The position numbers were made by a program, and so were the translations under genes. This document shows positions 1-14,281 of a DNA stretch of 64,000 bases, one piece after another (the stretch's first letter is position 1; each line of letters begins with the position of its first letter). Origin of the DNA: Chrysomallon squamiferum (Eukaryota > Animalia > Mollusca); contig CM022676.1 in the NCBI GenBank assembly GCA_012295275.1, positions 62,001 to 126,000 on the forward strand, read 5' to 3'. The notes beneath the pieces were generated by a model. That model ran no database searches. It was not told the DNA's origin and saw only the letters and a list, made by a program, of their open reading frames with translations.

Positions 1-3000
1 TAAGTAAAAAACAATTTAACTAAAACTATTAAAAAACTATCTTAGTAAAGAAAGAAAGTAGGTAGTAAATAAATAAAAATGACCTAAGTAAAAGGGAAAC
101 AAGTATCTAAGTTAGTAAGAATAATAAGTTAACAAAATTAACAAAATCTAAGTAAGAAAGTAAGTAAAGTAAAAAATACCTAAGTTACCAATGTAAAAGA
201 ATCAGTAAGTAAATAGTAAAAAGTAACCTAAGTGACAATAACTTAAGTAGTTAAAAAAAATCTTAGTAAAGAAGTAAAAAAAAAAAAAATAAATAAAATA
301 ATGAATAAGTAAAAAAGGGAAACAAAGTATCTAAGTTAGTAAAGAAATAAGTAACATTATTAAAAATATCTAATAAAAAATAAAAACTAAAGTAAGTTAA
401 AAATGAAAAAAAACTAAAGGAAGTAAAGTAAGTAAGTAAAAAAAAAGATAAGTAATAATAAAAAAGTAAAATTAAAAAAGTAGAAAGTAAAAAAAGAAAA
501 AGGTAGATATAAATAATGACCTAAGTAAAATAAAACAAGTATCTAAGTTAGTAAAGAATATAAGTTTAAAATTAACAAATATCTAAGTAAGAATTTAAGT
601 AAGTTCGTAAATAATGACCTAAGTTACCAAGGAAGCGAATCAGTAAGTAAATAGTAACCTAAGTAAGTGACAATTTAACTAAGTACATTAAAAACTATCT
701 TAGTAAGAAAGAAAGTAGGTAGATAGGTAAATAATGACCTAAGTAAAGAGGGAAACAAGTATCTAAGTTAGTAAGAATATAAGTTTCAACATTAACAAAT
801 ATCTAAGTAAGAAAGTAAGTAAGTTCGTAAATAATGACCTAAGTTACCAAGGAAGCGAATCAGTAAGTAAAAGTAACCTAAGTAAGTAAATAAGTTAACT
901 AAGTACAAAAAAAACTAATTAAATAAATAAGTAAAAAAGTAAAAAAAAAAATAGTAAGTTAAAATATAAAATAAAAAATTAACAAAAGTAAAAAGTAGGT
1001 AAAAAAAATAAGTAAAAAAAAATAATAAGTAAAAGAATAAGTATAAGTTAGGTAAAAAATAAATTAAGTAAAAGGGAAACAAGTATCTAAGTTAGTAAGA
1101 ATATAAGTTTCAACATTAACAAATATCTAAGTAAGAAATTAAGTAAGTTCGTAAATAATGACCTAAGTTACCAAGGAAGCGAATCAGTAAGTAAATAGTA
1201 ACCTAAGTAAGTGACAATTTAACTAAGTACATTAAAAACTATCTTAGTAAGAAAGAAAGTAGGTAGATAGGTAAATAATGACCTAAGTAAAGAGGGAAAC
1301 AAGTAAGTTAAGTTAGTAAGAATATAAGTTTCAACATTAACAAATATCTAAAGAAAGTAAATTTAGTTAAGTTGACGTAAATAATGACCTAAGTTAAGGA
1401 AGGAATCGAATCAGTAAGTAAATAGTAACCTAAGTAAGTGACAATTTAACTAAGTACATTAAAAAAAACTATCTTAGTAAAGAAAGAAAAAGTAGATAGT
1501 AATAAATAATGACCTAAGTAAAAAAAGGGAAACAAGTATCTAAGTTAGTAAGAATATAATAATATACATTAACAAATATCTAAAAAAATAATAATATAAG
1601 TTTAAAAAAAGTAATTAACAAAGTAATCTAAGTAAGAAATTTAAAGTAAGTTCGTAAATAATGACCTAAGTTACCAAGGAATAAGAAATAAGTAAAAATA
1701 GTAACCTAAAATTTAACTAAGTACATTAAAAACTATCTTAGTAAGAAAGAAAAGGTAGTAGATAAATAATGACCTAAGTAAATAATGACCTAAGTAAAAA
1801 AGTATCTAAACAAGTATCTAAGTAAAATTAAGAAAATAAGTTTCAAGTAAAAATCTAATCTAAGAAAGAAAGTAAATTAAGACCGTACCAAATGACCTAA
1901 GAAGAAGGAAGAAGTAATAAAGTAAGTAAATAGTAAATTTAACTAAAACATTAAAAAATCTTAAGTAAGAAAGTAAGTAAAAAAAACTAAGTAAGTAAAA
2001 AAAAGAAAGTAAAGGTAGGAAAGGTAAATAAATAAAGAATAAAATAAGTTATAAGAAACAAGTAATATAAACAAATAAGAATATAAGTTAAAATTAACAA
2101 ATACCTAAGTTAAGAAAGTAATAACCTAAGTAAAAATGACCTAAGTAAGTAAAAAAAGCGAATCAGTAAGTAAATAGTAACCTAAGTATAACAATTTAAC
2201 TAAGTACATTAAAAACTATCTTAGTAAGAAAGAAAGTAGGTAGATAGGTAAATAATGACCTAAGTAAAGAGGGAAACAAGTATCTAAGTTAGTAAGAATA
2301 TAAGTTTCAACATTAACAAATATCTAAGTAAGAAAGTAAGTAAGTTCGTAAATAATGACCTAAGTTACCAAGGAAGGAAAGTAAATAAAGTAACCTAAAA
2401 GTAATAATAAAGTACAAGTAAAAAAATCTAAGTAAAGTAAGATAGGTAAATAAAAAAACTAGTAAAGAAAGAAAAGAAAGTAGGTAAATAAATAAATAAA
2501 TAAGGAATCTAAGTAAAAGTAAAAGTATATAATTAAGTATCTAAGTAATAAATAAAATAATTTTCAAATATTAAATAAATAAGTAAAAGTAAAAGTTTAA
2601 CTAAGTAAAAGTAAAAATGACCTAAGTTAGTAAAGGAAGAATAAGTAAGTAAATAAAAAAACTAAGTAAGTAAAATTTAAATAAAGTAAATCTAAGTAAA
2701 AAGAAAGTAAAGGTAGAAGGTAAATAATGACCTAAGTAAAAGGGAAACAAGTATCTAAGTTAGTAAGAATATAAGTTTCAACATTAACAAATATCTAAGT
2801 AAGAATAAGAAAAGTTCGTAAGTAAGTTAAGTTAAGTAAAATAATGACCTAAGTTAAAGGAAAGGAATCAGAATAAGTAAGTAAAAAATAGTAACCTAAG
2901 TAAGTGACAATTTAACTAAGTACATTAAAAACTATCTTAGTAAGAAAGAAAGTAGGTAGATAGGTAAATAATGACCTAAGTAAAGAGGGAAACAAGTATC

Positions 3001-6000
3001 TAAGTTAGTAAGAATATAAGTTTCAACATTAACAAATATCTAAGTAAGAAAGTAAGTAAGTTCGTAAATAATGACCTAAGTTACCAAGGAAGCGAATCAG
3101 TAAGTAAATAGTAACATAGTGTAAGTACATTAAAAATAGTAAAAAATTAAAAAACTATCTTAGTAAGTAAAAAAAAAAGTAAAAAAGATAGGTAAAAATG
3201 ACCTAAGTAAAAGGGAAACAAGTATCTAAGTTAGTAAGAATATTAAATTAAAAAATATCTTAAGTTAAAAAAAAACGTAAACCTAAATGACCTAAGTTAC
3301 CTAAAAGCGAATCAGTAAGTAAGTAAAAAGTAACCTATGTAATGTAAGTAAATAGTAACTAAAAGTAACTATTAAAAACTAATTAACTAAGTAAGAAAGA
3401 AAAAATAATATCTTAGTAAAAAAAAATAAGTAAATAAAAAAACAAGTATCTAAGTAAAGAGGGAAACAAGTATTAAAAAGTAAGAATATAAGTTTCAACA
3501 TTAACAAATATCTAAGTAAGAAAGTAACTAAGTTCGTAAATAATGACCTAAGTTACCAAGGAAGCGAATCAGTAAGTAAATAGTAACCTATGTAAGTGAC
3601 AATTTAACTAAGTACATTAAAAACTATCTTAGTAAGAAAGAAAGTAGGTAGATAGGTAAATAATGACCTAAGTAAAGAGGGAAACAAGTATCTAAGTTAG
3701 TAAGAATATAAGTTTCAACATTAACAAATATCTAAGTAAGAAAGTAAGTAAGTTCATAAATAATGACCTAAGTTACCAAGGAAGCGAATCAGTAAGTAAA
3801 TAGTAACCTAAGTAAGTGACAATTTATGATAATTTAATTAAAATATCTTATTTCTTAAAAAAAGTAAGAAAGAAAGTAGGTAGATAGTAAAAAATAATGA
3901 CCTAAGTAAAAAGGGAAACAAGTATCTAAGTTAGTAAGAATATAACAAATACATTAACAAATAGTAAGAAATAACTAAATTTAAATATTAACAAATATCT
4001 AAGTAAGAAATTTAACCTAAGTTCGTAAATAATGACCTAAGTTAGTAAGTAAATAGTAAATAAATAAGTAAAAGTAACCTAAGTAAAAAAAAATTAACTA
4101 AGTACATAAAAAACTATCTTAGTAAGAAAGAAAGTAGGTAGATAGGTAAATAATGACCTAAGTAAAGAGGGAAACAAGTATCTAAGTTAGTAAGAATATA
4201 AGTTTCAACATTAACAAATATCTAAGTAAGAAAGTAAGTAAGTTCGTAAATAATGACCTAAGTTACCAAGGAAGCGAATCAGTAAGTAAGTAAATAGTAA
4301 CCTATGTAAGTGACAATTTAACTAAGTACATTAAAAACTATCTTAGTAAGAAAGAAAAGTAAAGAAGAAAAAAGAAAATAAGGTAGATAGGTAAATAATG
4401 ACCTAAGTAAAGAGGGAAACAAGTATCTAAGTTAGTAAGAATATAAGTTTCAACATTAACAAATATCTAAGTAAGAAAGTAAGTAAGTTCGTAAATAATG
4501 ACCTAAGTTACCAAGGAAGCGAATCAGTAAGTAAATAGTAACCTAAGTAAGTGACAATTTAACTAAGTACATTAAAAACTATCTTAGTAAGAAAGAAAGT
4601 AGGTAGATAGGTAAATAATGACCTAAGTAAAGAGGGAAACAAGTATCTAAGTTAAGTGAGAATATAACTTAATAACATTAACAAATATCTAAGTAAGAAT
4701 TTAACTAAGTTCGTAAATAATGACCTAAGTTACCAAGGAAGCGAATCAGTAAGTAAATAGTAACCTAAGTAAGTGACAATTTAACTAAGTACATTAAAAA
4801 CTATCTTAGTAAGAAAGAAAGTAGGTAGATAGGTAAATAATGACCTAAGTAAAGAGGGAAACAAGTATCTAAGTTAGTAAGAAAGGGTTTAGTAATTAAC
4901 AAAAGTAAGAAAATAAGTTTAAAGTAATAATAAGTAAGTAAGAATATAAGTTTAAGTAAGTAAATTAAATCTAAAGTAAGAAAGTAAGTAAGTAAGTAAA
5001 AAATAATGACCTAATATTAAAAAGTAAAGAAAAAGTAAAAAAAAGTAAGTAAAAAGTAAACTAAAGAAAGTAAATAATAAAAAAGTAAAATAAGTAAAAA
5101 GTAATAAAAATTATCTTAATAATAAAGAAAAATAGGTACAAGGTAACAAATAACCTAAGTAAAAATAAACAAGTATCTAAAGTAAAAATATAAGTTTCAA
5201 CATTAACAAATATCTAAGTAAGAAAGTAAGTAAGTTCGTAAATAATGACCTAAGTTACCAAGGAAGCGAATCAGTAAGTAAATAGTAACCTAAGTAAGTG
5301 ACAATATAACTAAGTACATTAAAAACTATCTTAGTAAGAAAGAAAGTAGGTAGATAGGTAAATAATGACCTAAGTAAAGAGGGAAACAAGTATCTAAGTT
5401 AGTAAGAATATAAGTTTCAACATTAACAAATATCTAAGTAAGTAACTAAGTTCGTAAAATAATGTTAAGTAAATAATGAACCTAAGTTACCAAGGAAGAA
5501 GAATCAGTAAGTAAATAGTAACCTAATGTAAACTAAATTTAACTAAGTAATTAAAAACTAAAAAGTAAGAAAGAAAAGGTAAATAGGTAGATAGGTAAAT
5601 AGTAAAACCTAAAAAAAAGGGAAACAAGTATCTAAGTAAGAATAATAAGAATATAATAACAACAAATTAACAAATAAGTAAAAGTAAAAAGAAAGTAAGT
5701 AAGTTAATAAAAATGACCTAAGTTACCAAGGAAGCGAATCAGTAAGTAAAAATAGTAACCTAAGTAAGTGATAAATTTAATTAAGTACATTAAAACTATG
5801 TTAGTAAGAAAGAAAGTAGGTAGATAGGTAAATAATGACCTAAGTAAAGAGGGAAACAAGTATCTAAGTTAGTAAGAATATAAGTTTCAACATTAACAAA
5901 TATCTAAGTAAGAATGTAAGTAAGTTCGTAAATAATGACCTAAGTTACCAAGGAAGCGAATCAGTAAGTAAATAGTAACCTAAGTAAGTAACAATTGACA

Positions 6001-9000
6001 AAGTAAGTAAAAATAATCTTAGTAAAGTAAGTTAATAATAAATAACTAAAGTAAACAGGGAAAAAAAGTATCTTAGTAAAGAAAGAAATAAGGTAAATAA
6101 GGTAAATAATGAAATAAGTAAATAGGGAAACAAGTATCTAAGTAAGTAAGAATATAAGTAAAAATAATTAACAAATAATAAGTAAGTAAAAAGTTAAGTA
6201 AGTTAAAAAATGAACCTAAGTTACCAAGGAAATCTAAGAATAAAGTAAGTAAAAAAAAACCTAAGTAAGTAAGTGAAAATTTAACTAAGTAAATAAACAA
6301 AAAACTATCTTAGTAAGAAAGAAAGTAGGTAGATAGGTAAATAATGACCTAAGTAAAGAGGGAAACAAGTATCTAAGTTAGTAAGAATATAAGTTTCAAC
6401 ATTAACAAATATCTAAGTAAGAATGTAAGTAAGTTCGTAAATAATGACCTAAGTTACCAAGGAATCAGAAGTAAATAGTAACCTAAGTAAATAGTAACCT
6501 AAGAAAAAAATTGACAATTTAACTAAGTACATTAAAAAACTATCTAAGTAAGAAAAAGAAAGTAGGTAGGTAAATAGGTAAATAATGAAAAAAGTAAAGA
6601 GGGAAACAAGTATCTAAGTTAGTAAGAATATAAGTTTTCAAATTAAATAAATAATTAAAGTAAGAAATTAAGTAAGTTCGTAAATAATGACCTAAGTTAC
6701 CAAGGAAGCGAATCAGTAAGTAAATAGTAACCTAAGTAAGTGACAATTTAACTAAGTACATTAAAAACTATCTTAGTAAGAAAGAAAGTAGGTAGATAGG
6801 TAAATAATGACCTAAGTAAAGAGGGAAACAAGTATCTAAGTTAGTAAGAATATAAGTTTCAACATTAACAAATATCTAAGTAAGAAAGTAAGTAAGTTCG
6901 TAAATAATGACCTAAGTTACCAAGGAAGCGAATCAGTAAGTAAATAGTAACCTATGTAAGTGACAATGTAACTAAGTACATTAAAAACTATCTTAGTAAG
7001 AAAAATTTAACTATCTTACAAAAAAAACTATCTTAAAAAAAAAAAGATAGGTAAATAATGACCTAAGTAGTTAGTAAGAATATAAGTTTCAACATTAACA
7101 AATATCTATCTAAGTAAGTAAATAAACCTAAAAAAGGGAAACAAGTAAATAAGTAAGTAAGTAAATATAAGTTTCAACTAATTAATTAAAAATAAGTAAG
7201 AAAAAAGTAAGTAAGTAGGTAAATAATGACCTAAGTTACCAAGGAAGTTAGAAAAATAAGTAATTAAAAACTAAGAAAGTAAGTAAAGTAAATAAGTTAA
7301 AAAAAAAGTAATTAAAAAAATGAAAGTATTAAAAAAAGAAAGAAAGTAGGTAGATAGGTAAATAATGACCTAAGTAAAGAGGGAAACAAGTATCTAAGTT
7401 AGTAAGAATATAAGTTTCAACATTAACAAATATCTAAGTAAGAATTTAGTGTAAGTTCGTAAATAATGACCTAAGTTACCAAGGAAGCGAATCAGTAAGT
7501 AAATAGTAACCTAAGTAAAGTAAAGTGACTAAACTAAGTAAAAACTATCTTAGTAAGAAAAAAACTATCTTAGTAAATAAAGACCTAAGTAAAAGAAAAA
7601 GTATCTAGTAAGAAGGTAAGTTTAATGACATTAACAAATATCTAAAGTTAAAACAAGTAAATCTAAGTTACCAAGTAAGAAAGTAATAAGTAACAAATTA
7701 ACTAAAAAAAAAGTATCTAAGTAAAAAGAAAGTAAGTAAAGTAAATAATGACCTAAGTTAAAAGGAAACAAGAATAAGTTAAAAATATAAAGTAATTAGT
7801 AATCTAAAAAAGTAAGTAAGTTAAAAAAAATTTAAGAATCAGTAAGTAAAAAAGTAACCTAAGTAAAAAAAATATCTAAGTAAAAAAACTATCTTAGTAA
7901 GAAAGAAAGTAGGTAGATAGGTAAATAATGACCTAAGTAAAGAGGGAAACAAGTATCTAAGTTAGTAAGAATATAAGTTTCAACATTAACAAATATCTAA
8001 GTAAGAATGTAAGTAAGTTCGTAAATAATGACCTAAGTTACCAAGGAAGCGAATCAGTAAGTAAATAGTAACCTATGTAAGTGACAATTTAACTAAGTAC
8101 ATTAAAAATTATCTTAGTAAGAAAGAAAGTAGGTAGATAGGTAAATAATGACCTAAGTAAAGAGGGAAACAAGTATCTAAGTTAGTAAGAATATAAGTTT
8201 CAACATTAACAAATATCTAAGTAAGAAAGTAAGTAAGTTCGTAAATAATGACCTAAGTTACCAAGGAAGCGAATCAGTAAGTAAATAGTAACCTAAGTAA
8301 GTGACAATTTAACTAAGTACATTAAAAACTATCTTAGTAAGAAAGAAAGTAGGTAGATAGGTAAATAATGACCTAAGTAAAGAGGGAAACAAGTATCTAA
8401 GTTAGTAAGAATATAAGTTTCAACATTAACAAATATAAAGAAAGTAAGTAAGTTCGTAAATAATGACCTAAGTAAATAAGGAAAATAATAAGTAAGTAAA
8501 AAGTAACCTAATAAGTTAAGTACATTAAAAACTATCTTAGTAAGAAAAAAAGTAGGTAGAAAAAAATAATGACCTAAGTAAAAGGGAAAAAAGTATCTAA
8601 GTTAAGTAAGAATATAAGACCTAAAATATCAAATAAGTAAGTAAGAAAGTAATAAGTTCGTAAATAAATAACCTAAGTTAACCTAAGAATCAGAATCAGT
8701 AAGTAAAATAGTAACCTAAGTAAAGTGAAATAATTAAAAAATTTATCTTAAAAAAAGAAAGAAAGTAGGTAAAATAGGTAAACAAATGACCTAAGTAAAA
8801 GGGAAAAACAAGTATCTAAGTTAGTAAGAATATAAGTTTCAACATTAACAAATATCTAAGTAAGAAATTTAAGTAAGTTCGTAAATAATGACCTAAGTTA
8901 CCAAGGAAGCGAATCAGTAAGTAAATAGTAACCTAAGTAAGTGACAATTTAACTAAGTACATTAAAAATCTATACTAAGTAAGAAAGAAAGTAGGTAGAT

Positions 9001-12000
9001 AGGTAAATAATGACCTAAGTAAAGAGGGAAACAAGTATCTAAGTTAGTAAGAATATAAGTTTCAACATTAACAAATATCTAAGTAAGAAAGTAAGTAAGT
9101 TCGTAAATAATGACCTAAGTTAAGTTAAGGAATCAGAAAGTAATAAAAAGTAACCTAAGTAAGTGAGAAATAAGTAAGTACAAAAACTATCTTAGTAAGA
9201 AAGAAAAAAGAAAGTAGGTAGATAGGTAAATAATGACCTAAGTAAAGAGGGAAACAAGTATCTAAGTTAGTAAGAATATAAGTTTCAACATTAACAAATA
9301 TCTAAGTAAGAAAGTAAGTAAGTTCATAAATAATGACCTAAGTTACCAAGGAAGCGAATCAGTAAGTAAATAGTAACCTAAGTAAGTGACAATTTAACTA
9401 AGTACATTAAAAACTATCTTAGTAAGAAAGAAAGTAGGTAGATAGGTAAATAATGACCTAAGTAAAGAGGGAAACAAGTATCTAAGTTAGTAAGAATATA
9501 AGTTTCAACATTAACAAATATCTAAGTAAGAAAGTTAGTTAAGTTCGTAAATAATGACCTAAGTTACCAAAGGAAGAGAATAAGTAAGTAAAATAGTAAC
9601 CTAAGTAAGAAAGTGAAAATTTAACTAAGTACATTAAAAACTATCTTAGTAAGAAAGAAAGTAAGTAGATAGGTAAATAATGACCTAAGTAAAGAGGGAA
9701 ACAAGTATCTAAGTTAGTAAGAATATAAGTTTCAACATTAACAAATATCTAAGTAAGAAAGTAAGTAAGTTCGAACGTAAATAATGACCTAAGTTACCAA
9801 GGAAGCGAATCAGTAAGTAAAATAGTAACCTAAGTAAGTGACAATTAACTAAGTACAAAAAAAACTATCTTAGTAAGAAAGAAAGTAGGTAGATAGGTAA
9901 ATAATGACCTAAGTAAAGAGGGAAACAAGTATCTAAGTTAGTAAGAATATAAGTTTCAACATTAACAAATATCTAAGTAAGAAAGTAAGTAAGTTCGTAA
10001 ATAATGACCTAAGTTACCAAGGAAGCGAATCAGTAAGTAAATAGTAACCTAAGTAAGTGACAATTTAACTAAGTACATTAAAAACTATCTTAGTAAGAAA
10101 GAAAGTAGGTAGATAGGTAAATAATGACCTAAGTAAAGAGGGAAACAAGTATCTAAGTAAGAATATAAGTTTCAAATTAACAAAAATATCTAAGTAAGAA
10201 AGTAAGTAAGTAAATAATGAAAGTTAAAAGGAAGTAGTAAGTAAGTAAAAGTAACCTAAGTAAACAATATAACTAAGTACATTAAAAAACTATCTTAAGA
10301 AAAAAAGAAAAGGTAAATAGGTAAATAATGACCTAAGTAAAAGGGAAACAAGTATCTAAGTAAGTAGAAATATATAGTTTCATTATTAATATCTAAGTAA
10401 GAAAGAAGTTAACTAAGTTCGTAAATAATGACCTAAGTTACCAAGGAAGCGAATCAGTAAGTAAATAGTAACCTAAGTAAGTGATAATATAACTAAGTAC
10501 ATTAAAAACTATCTTAGTAAGAAAGAAAGTAGGTAGATAGGTAAATAATGACCTAAGTAAAGAGGGAAACAAGTATCTAAGTTAGTAAGAATATAAGTTT
10601 CAACATTAACAAATATCTAAGTAAGAATGTAAGTAAGTTCGTAAATAATGACCTAAGTTACCAAGGAAGCGAATCAGTAAGTAAATAGTAACCTAAGTAA
10701 GTGTAAGTGACAATTTAACTAAGTACATTAAAAACTATCTTAGTAAGAAAGAAAGTAGGTAGATAGGTAAATAATGACCTAAGTAAAGAGGGAAACAAGT
10801 ATCTAAGTTAGTAAGAATATAATATAAAAAATTTAAGTAAGTTCGTAAATAATGACCTAAACATTAACAAATATCTAAGTAAGAATTTAAGTAAGTTCGT
10901 AAATAATGACCTAAGTTACTAAGGAAGCGAATAAGTAAAAAAAAAATAGTAACCTAAGTAATGTAAAAACTAAGTAAGTAATTAAAAAAAACTAAGTACA
11001 TTAAAAACTATCTTAGTAAGAAAGAAAGTAGGTAGATAGGTAAATAATGACCTAAGTAAAGAGGGAAACAAGTATCTAAGTTAGTAAGAATATAAGTTTC
11101 AACATTAACAAATATCTAAGTAAGAAAGTAAGTAAGTTCGTAAATAATGACCTAAGTTACCAAGGAAGGAATCAGTAAGAATAAGTAAGTAAATAGTAAC
11201 CTATGTAAGTGACAATGTAACTAAGTACATTAAAAACTATCTTAGTAAGAAAGAAAGTAGGTAGATAGGTAAATAATGACCTAAGTAAAGAGGGAAACAA
11301 GTATCTAAGTTAGTAAGAATATAAGTTTCAACATTAACAAATATCTAAGTAAGAAGTTAACTAAGTTCGTAAATTATGACCTAAGTTACCAAGGAAGCGA
11401 ATCAGTAAGTAAATAGTAACCTATGTAAGTGACAATTTAACTAAGTACATTAAAAACTATCTTAGTAAGAAAGAAAGTAGGTAGATAGGTAAATAATGAC
11501 CTAAGTAAAGAGGGAAACAAGTATCTAAGTTAGTAAGAATATAAGTTTCAACATTAACAAATATCTAAGTAAGAAAGTAAGTAAGTTCGTAAATAATGAC
11601 CTAAGTTACCAAGGAAGCGAATCAGTAAGTAAATAGTAACCTAAGTAAGTGACAATTTAACTAAGTACATTAAAAACTATCTTAGTAAGAAAGAAAGTAG
11701 GTAGATAGGTAAAAAAATGACCTAAGTAAAAGGGAAACAAGTATCTAATAAAGAAATAAGTAAAAGTAACAAAAAGGGAAAAAAGTATCTAAGTTAGTAA
11801 GAATATAAGTTTCAACATTAACAAATACAAATATCTAAGTAAGTAAGTAAGTAAGTTCGTAAATAATGACCTAAGTTACAAGTATCTAAAAGGAAGAAGA
11901 AATAAGAATAAAGTTTAAACAAAATCTAAGTAAGTAGTAAGTAAAAAAGTAACCTAAGTTTACAAATTAAAAAGTAAAAGTAAATCTTAACCTAAGAAAG

Positions 12001-14051
12001 AAATTTAACTAAGTACATTAAAAACTATCTTAGTAAGAAAGAAAGTAGGTAGATAGGTAAATAATGACCTAAGTAAAGAGGGAAACAAGTATCTAAGTTA
12101 GTAAGAATATAAGTTTCAACATTAACAAATATCTATCTAAAGAAAGTTAAGTAAATAATGACCTAAGTAAATAATGACCTAAGTTACCAAGGAAGGAAGT
12201 AAAGAATCAGTAAGTAAATAGTAACCTAAGTAAGTGACAATTTAACTAAGTACATTAAAAACTATCTTAGTAAGAAAGAAAGTAGGTAGATAGGTAAATA
12301 ATGACCTAAGTAAAGAGGGAAACAAGTATCTAAGTTAGTAAGAATATAAGTTTCAACATTAACAAATATCTAAGTAAGAATTTAAGTAAGTTCGTAAATA
12401 ATGACCTAAAGGTTACCAAGGAAGGAATAAGAATCAGTAAGTAAATAGTAACCTAATAAGTAAGTGACAATTTAACTAAGTACATTAAAAACTATCTTAG
12501 TAAGAAAGAAAGTAGGTAGATAGGTAAATAATGACCTAAGTAAAGAGGGAAACAAGTATCTAAGTTAGTAAGAATATAAGTTTCAACATTAACAAATATC
12601 TAAGTAAGAATTTAACTAAGTTCGTAAATAATGACCTAAGTTACCAAGGAAGCGAATCAGTAAGTAAATAGTAACCTAAGTAAGTGACAATTTAACTAAG
12701 TACATTAAAAACTATCTTAGTAAGAAAGAAAGTAGGTAGATAGGTAAATAATGACCTAAGTAAAGAGGGAAACAAGTATCTAAGTTAGTAAGAATATAAG
12801 TTTCAACATTAACAAATATCTAAGTAAGAAAGTAAGTAAGTTCGTAAATAATGACCTAAGTTACCAAGGAAGCGAATCAGTAAGTAAATAGTAACCTAAG
12901 TAAGTGACAATAACTAAGTACATTAAAAACTATCTTAGTAAGAAAGAAAGTAGGTAGATAGGTAAATAATGACCTAAGTAAAAGGGGAAACAAGTATCTA
13001 AGTTAGTAAGAATATAAGTTTCAACATTAACAAATATCTAAGTAAGAAAGTAAGTAAGTTCGTAAATAATGACCTAAGTTACCAAGGAAGCGAATCAGTA
13101 AGTAAATAGTAACCTAAGTAAGTGACAATTTAACTAAGTACATTAAAAACTATCTTAGTAAGAAAGAAAGTAGGTAGATAGGTAAATAATGACCTAAGTA
13201 AAGAGGGAAACAAGTATCTAAGTTAGTAAGAATATAAGTTTCAACATTAACAAATATCTAAGTAAGAATTTAACTAAGTTCGTAAATAATGACCTAAGTT
13301 ACCAAGGAAGGAATCAGTAAGTAAATAGTAACCTATGTAAGTGACAATTTAACTAAGTACATTAAAAACTATCTTAGTAAAGAAAGAAAGTAGGTAGATA
13401 GGTAAATAATGACCTAAGTAAAAGGGAAACAAGTATCTAAGTTAGTAAGAATATAAGTTTCAACATTAACAAATATCTAAGTAAGAAAGTAAGTAAGTTC
13501 GTAAATAATGACCTAAGTTACCAAGGAAGCGAATCAGTAAGTAAATAGTAACCTATGTAAGTGACAATGTAACTAAGTACATTAAAAACTATCTTAGTAA
13601 GAAAGAAAGTAGGTAGATAGGTAAATAATGACCTAAGTAAAGAGGGAAACAAGTATCTAAGTTAGTAAGAATATAAGTTTCAACATTAACAAATATCTAA
13701 GTAAGAAAGTAAGTAAGTTCGTAAATAATGACCTAAGTTACCAAGGAAGCGAATCAGTAAGTAAATAGTAACCTAAGTAAGTGACAATTTAACTAAGTAC
13801 ATTAAAAACTATCTTAGTAAGAAAGAAAGTAGGTAGATAGGTAAATAATGACCTAAGTAAAGAGGGAAACAAGTATCTAAGTTAGTAAGAATATAAGTTT
13901 CAACATTAACAAATATCTAAGTAAGAAAGTAAGTAAGTTCGTAAATAATGACCTAAGTTACCAAGGAAGCGAATCAGTAAGTAAATAGTAACCTATGTAA
14001 GTGACAATGTAACTAAGTACATTAAAAACTATCTTAGTAAGAAAGAAAGTA
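1..14051. repeat. Satellite array A, 220-bp unit (100-bp + 120-bp subunits), purine-rich on + strand
   Basis: In clean stretches the marker GTGACAAT recurs at 13561, 13781 and 14001. GTAAATAATGACCTAAGT recurs at 13621, 13721, 13841 and 13941 (100/120 alternation). The same 220 period is seen at 8141/8361. The array runs off the window start and into the gap. Confidence 0.97.
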
Positions 14052-14251
14052 NNNNNNNNNNNNNNNNNNNNNNNNNNNNNNNNNNNNNNNNNNNNNNNNN
14101 NNNNNNNNNNNNNNNNNNNNNNNNNNNNNNNNNNNNNNNNNNNNNNNNNNNNNNNNNNNNNNNNNNNNNNNNNNNNNNNNNNNNNNNNNNNNNNNNNNNN
14201 NNNNNNNNNNNNNNNNNNNNNNNNNNNNNNNNNNNNNNNNNNNNNNNNNNN
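14052..14251. other. Assembly gap (200 N)
   Basis: Run of exactly 200 N, a fixed-size scaffolding spacer. True distance is unknown. Confidence 0.99.
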
Positions 14252-14281
14252 TTGGTACTTCAGTTCACGTTACGTATTGCT
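14252..14281 (+). other. Residual Oxford Nanopore ligation adapter at contig start (artefact)
   Basis: TTGGTACTTCAGTTCACGTTACGTATTGCT closely matches the ONT Y-adapter top strand AATGTACTTCGTTCAGTTACGTATTGCT (recalled from memory) with two 1-nt insertions. It is not part of the satellite unit and sits exactly at the contig end. Confidence 0.92.
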
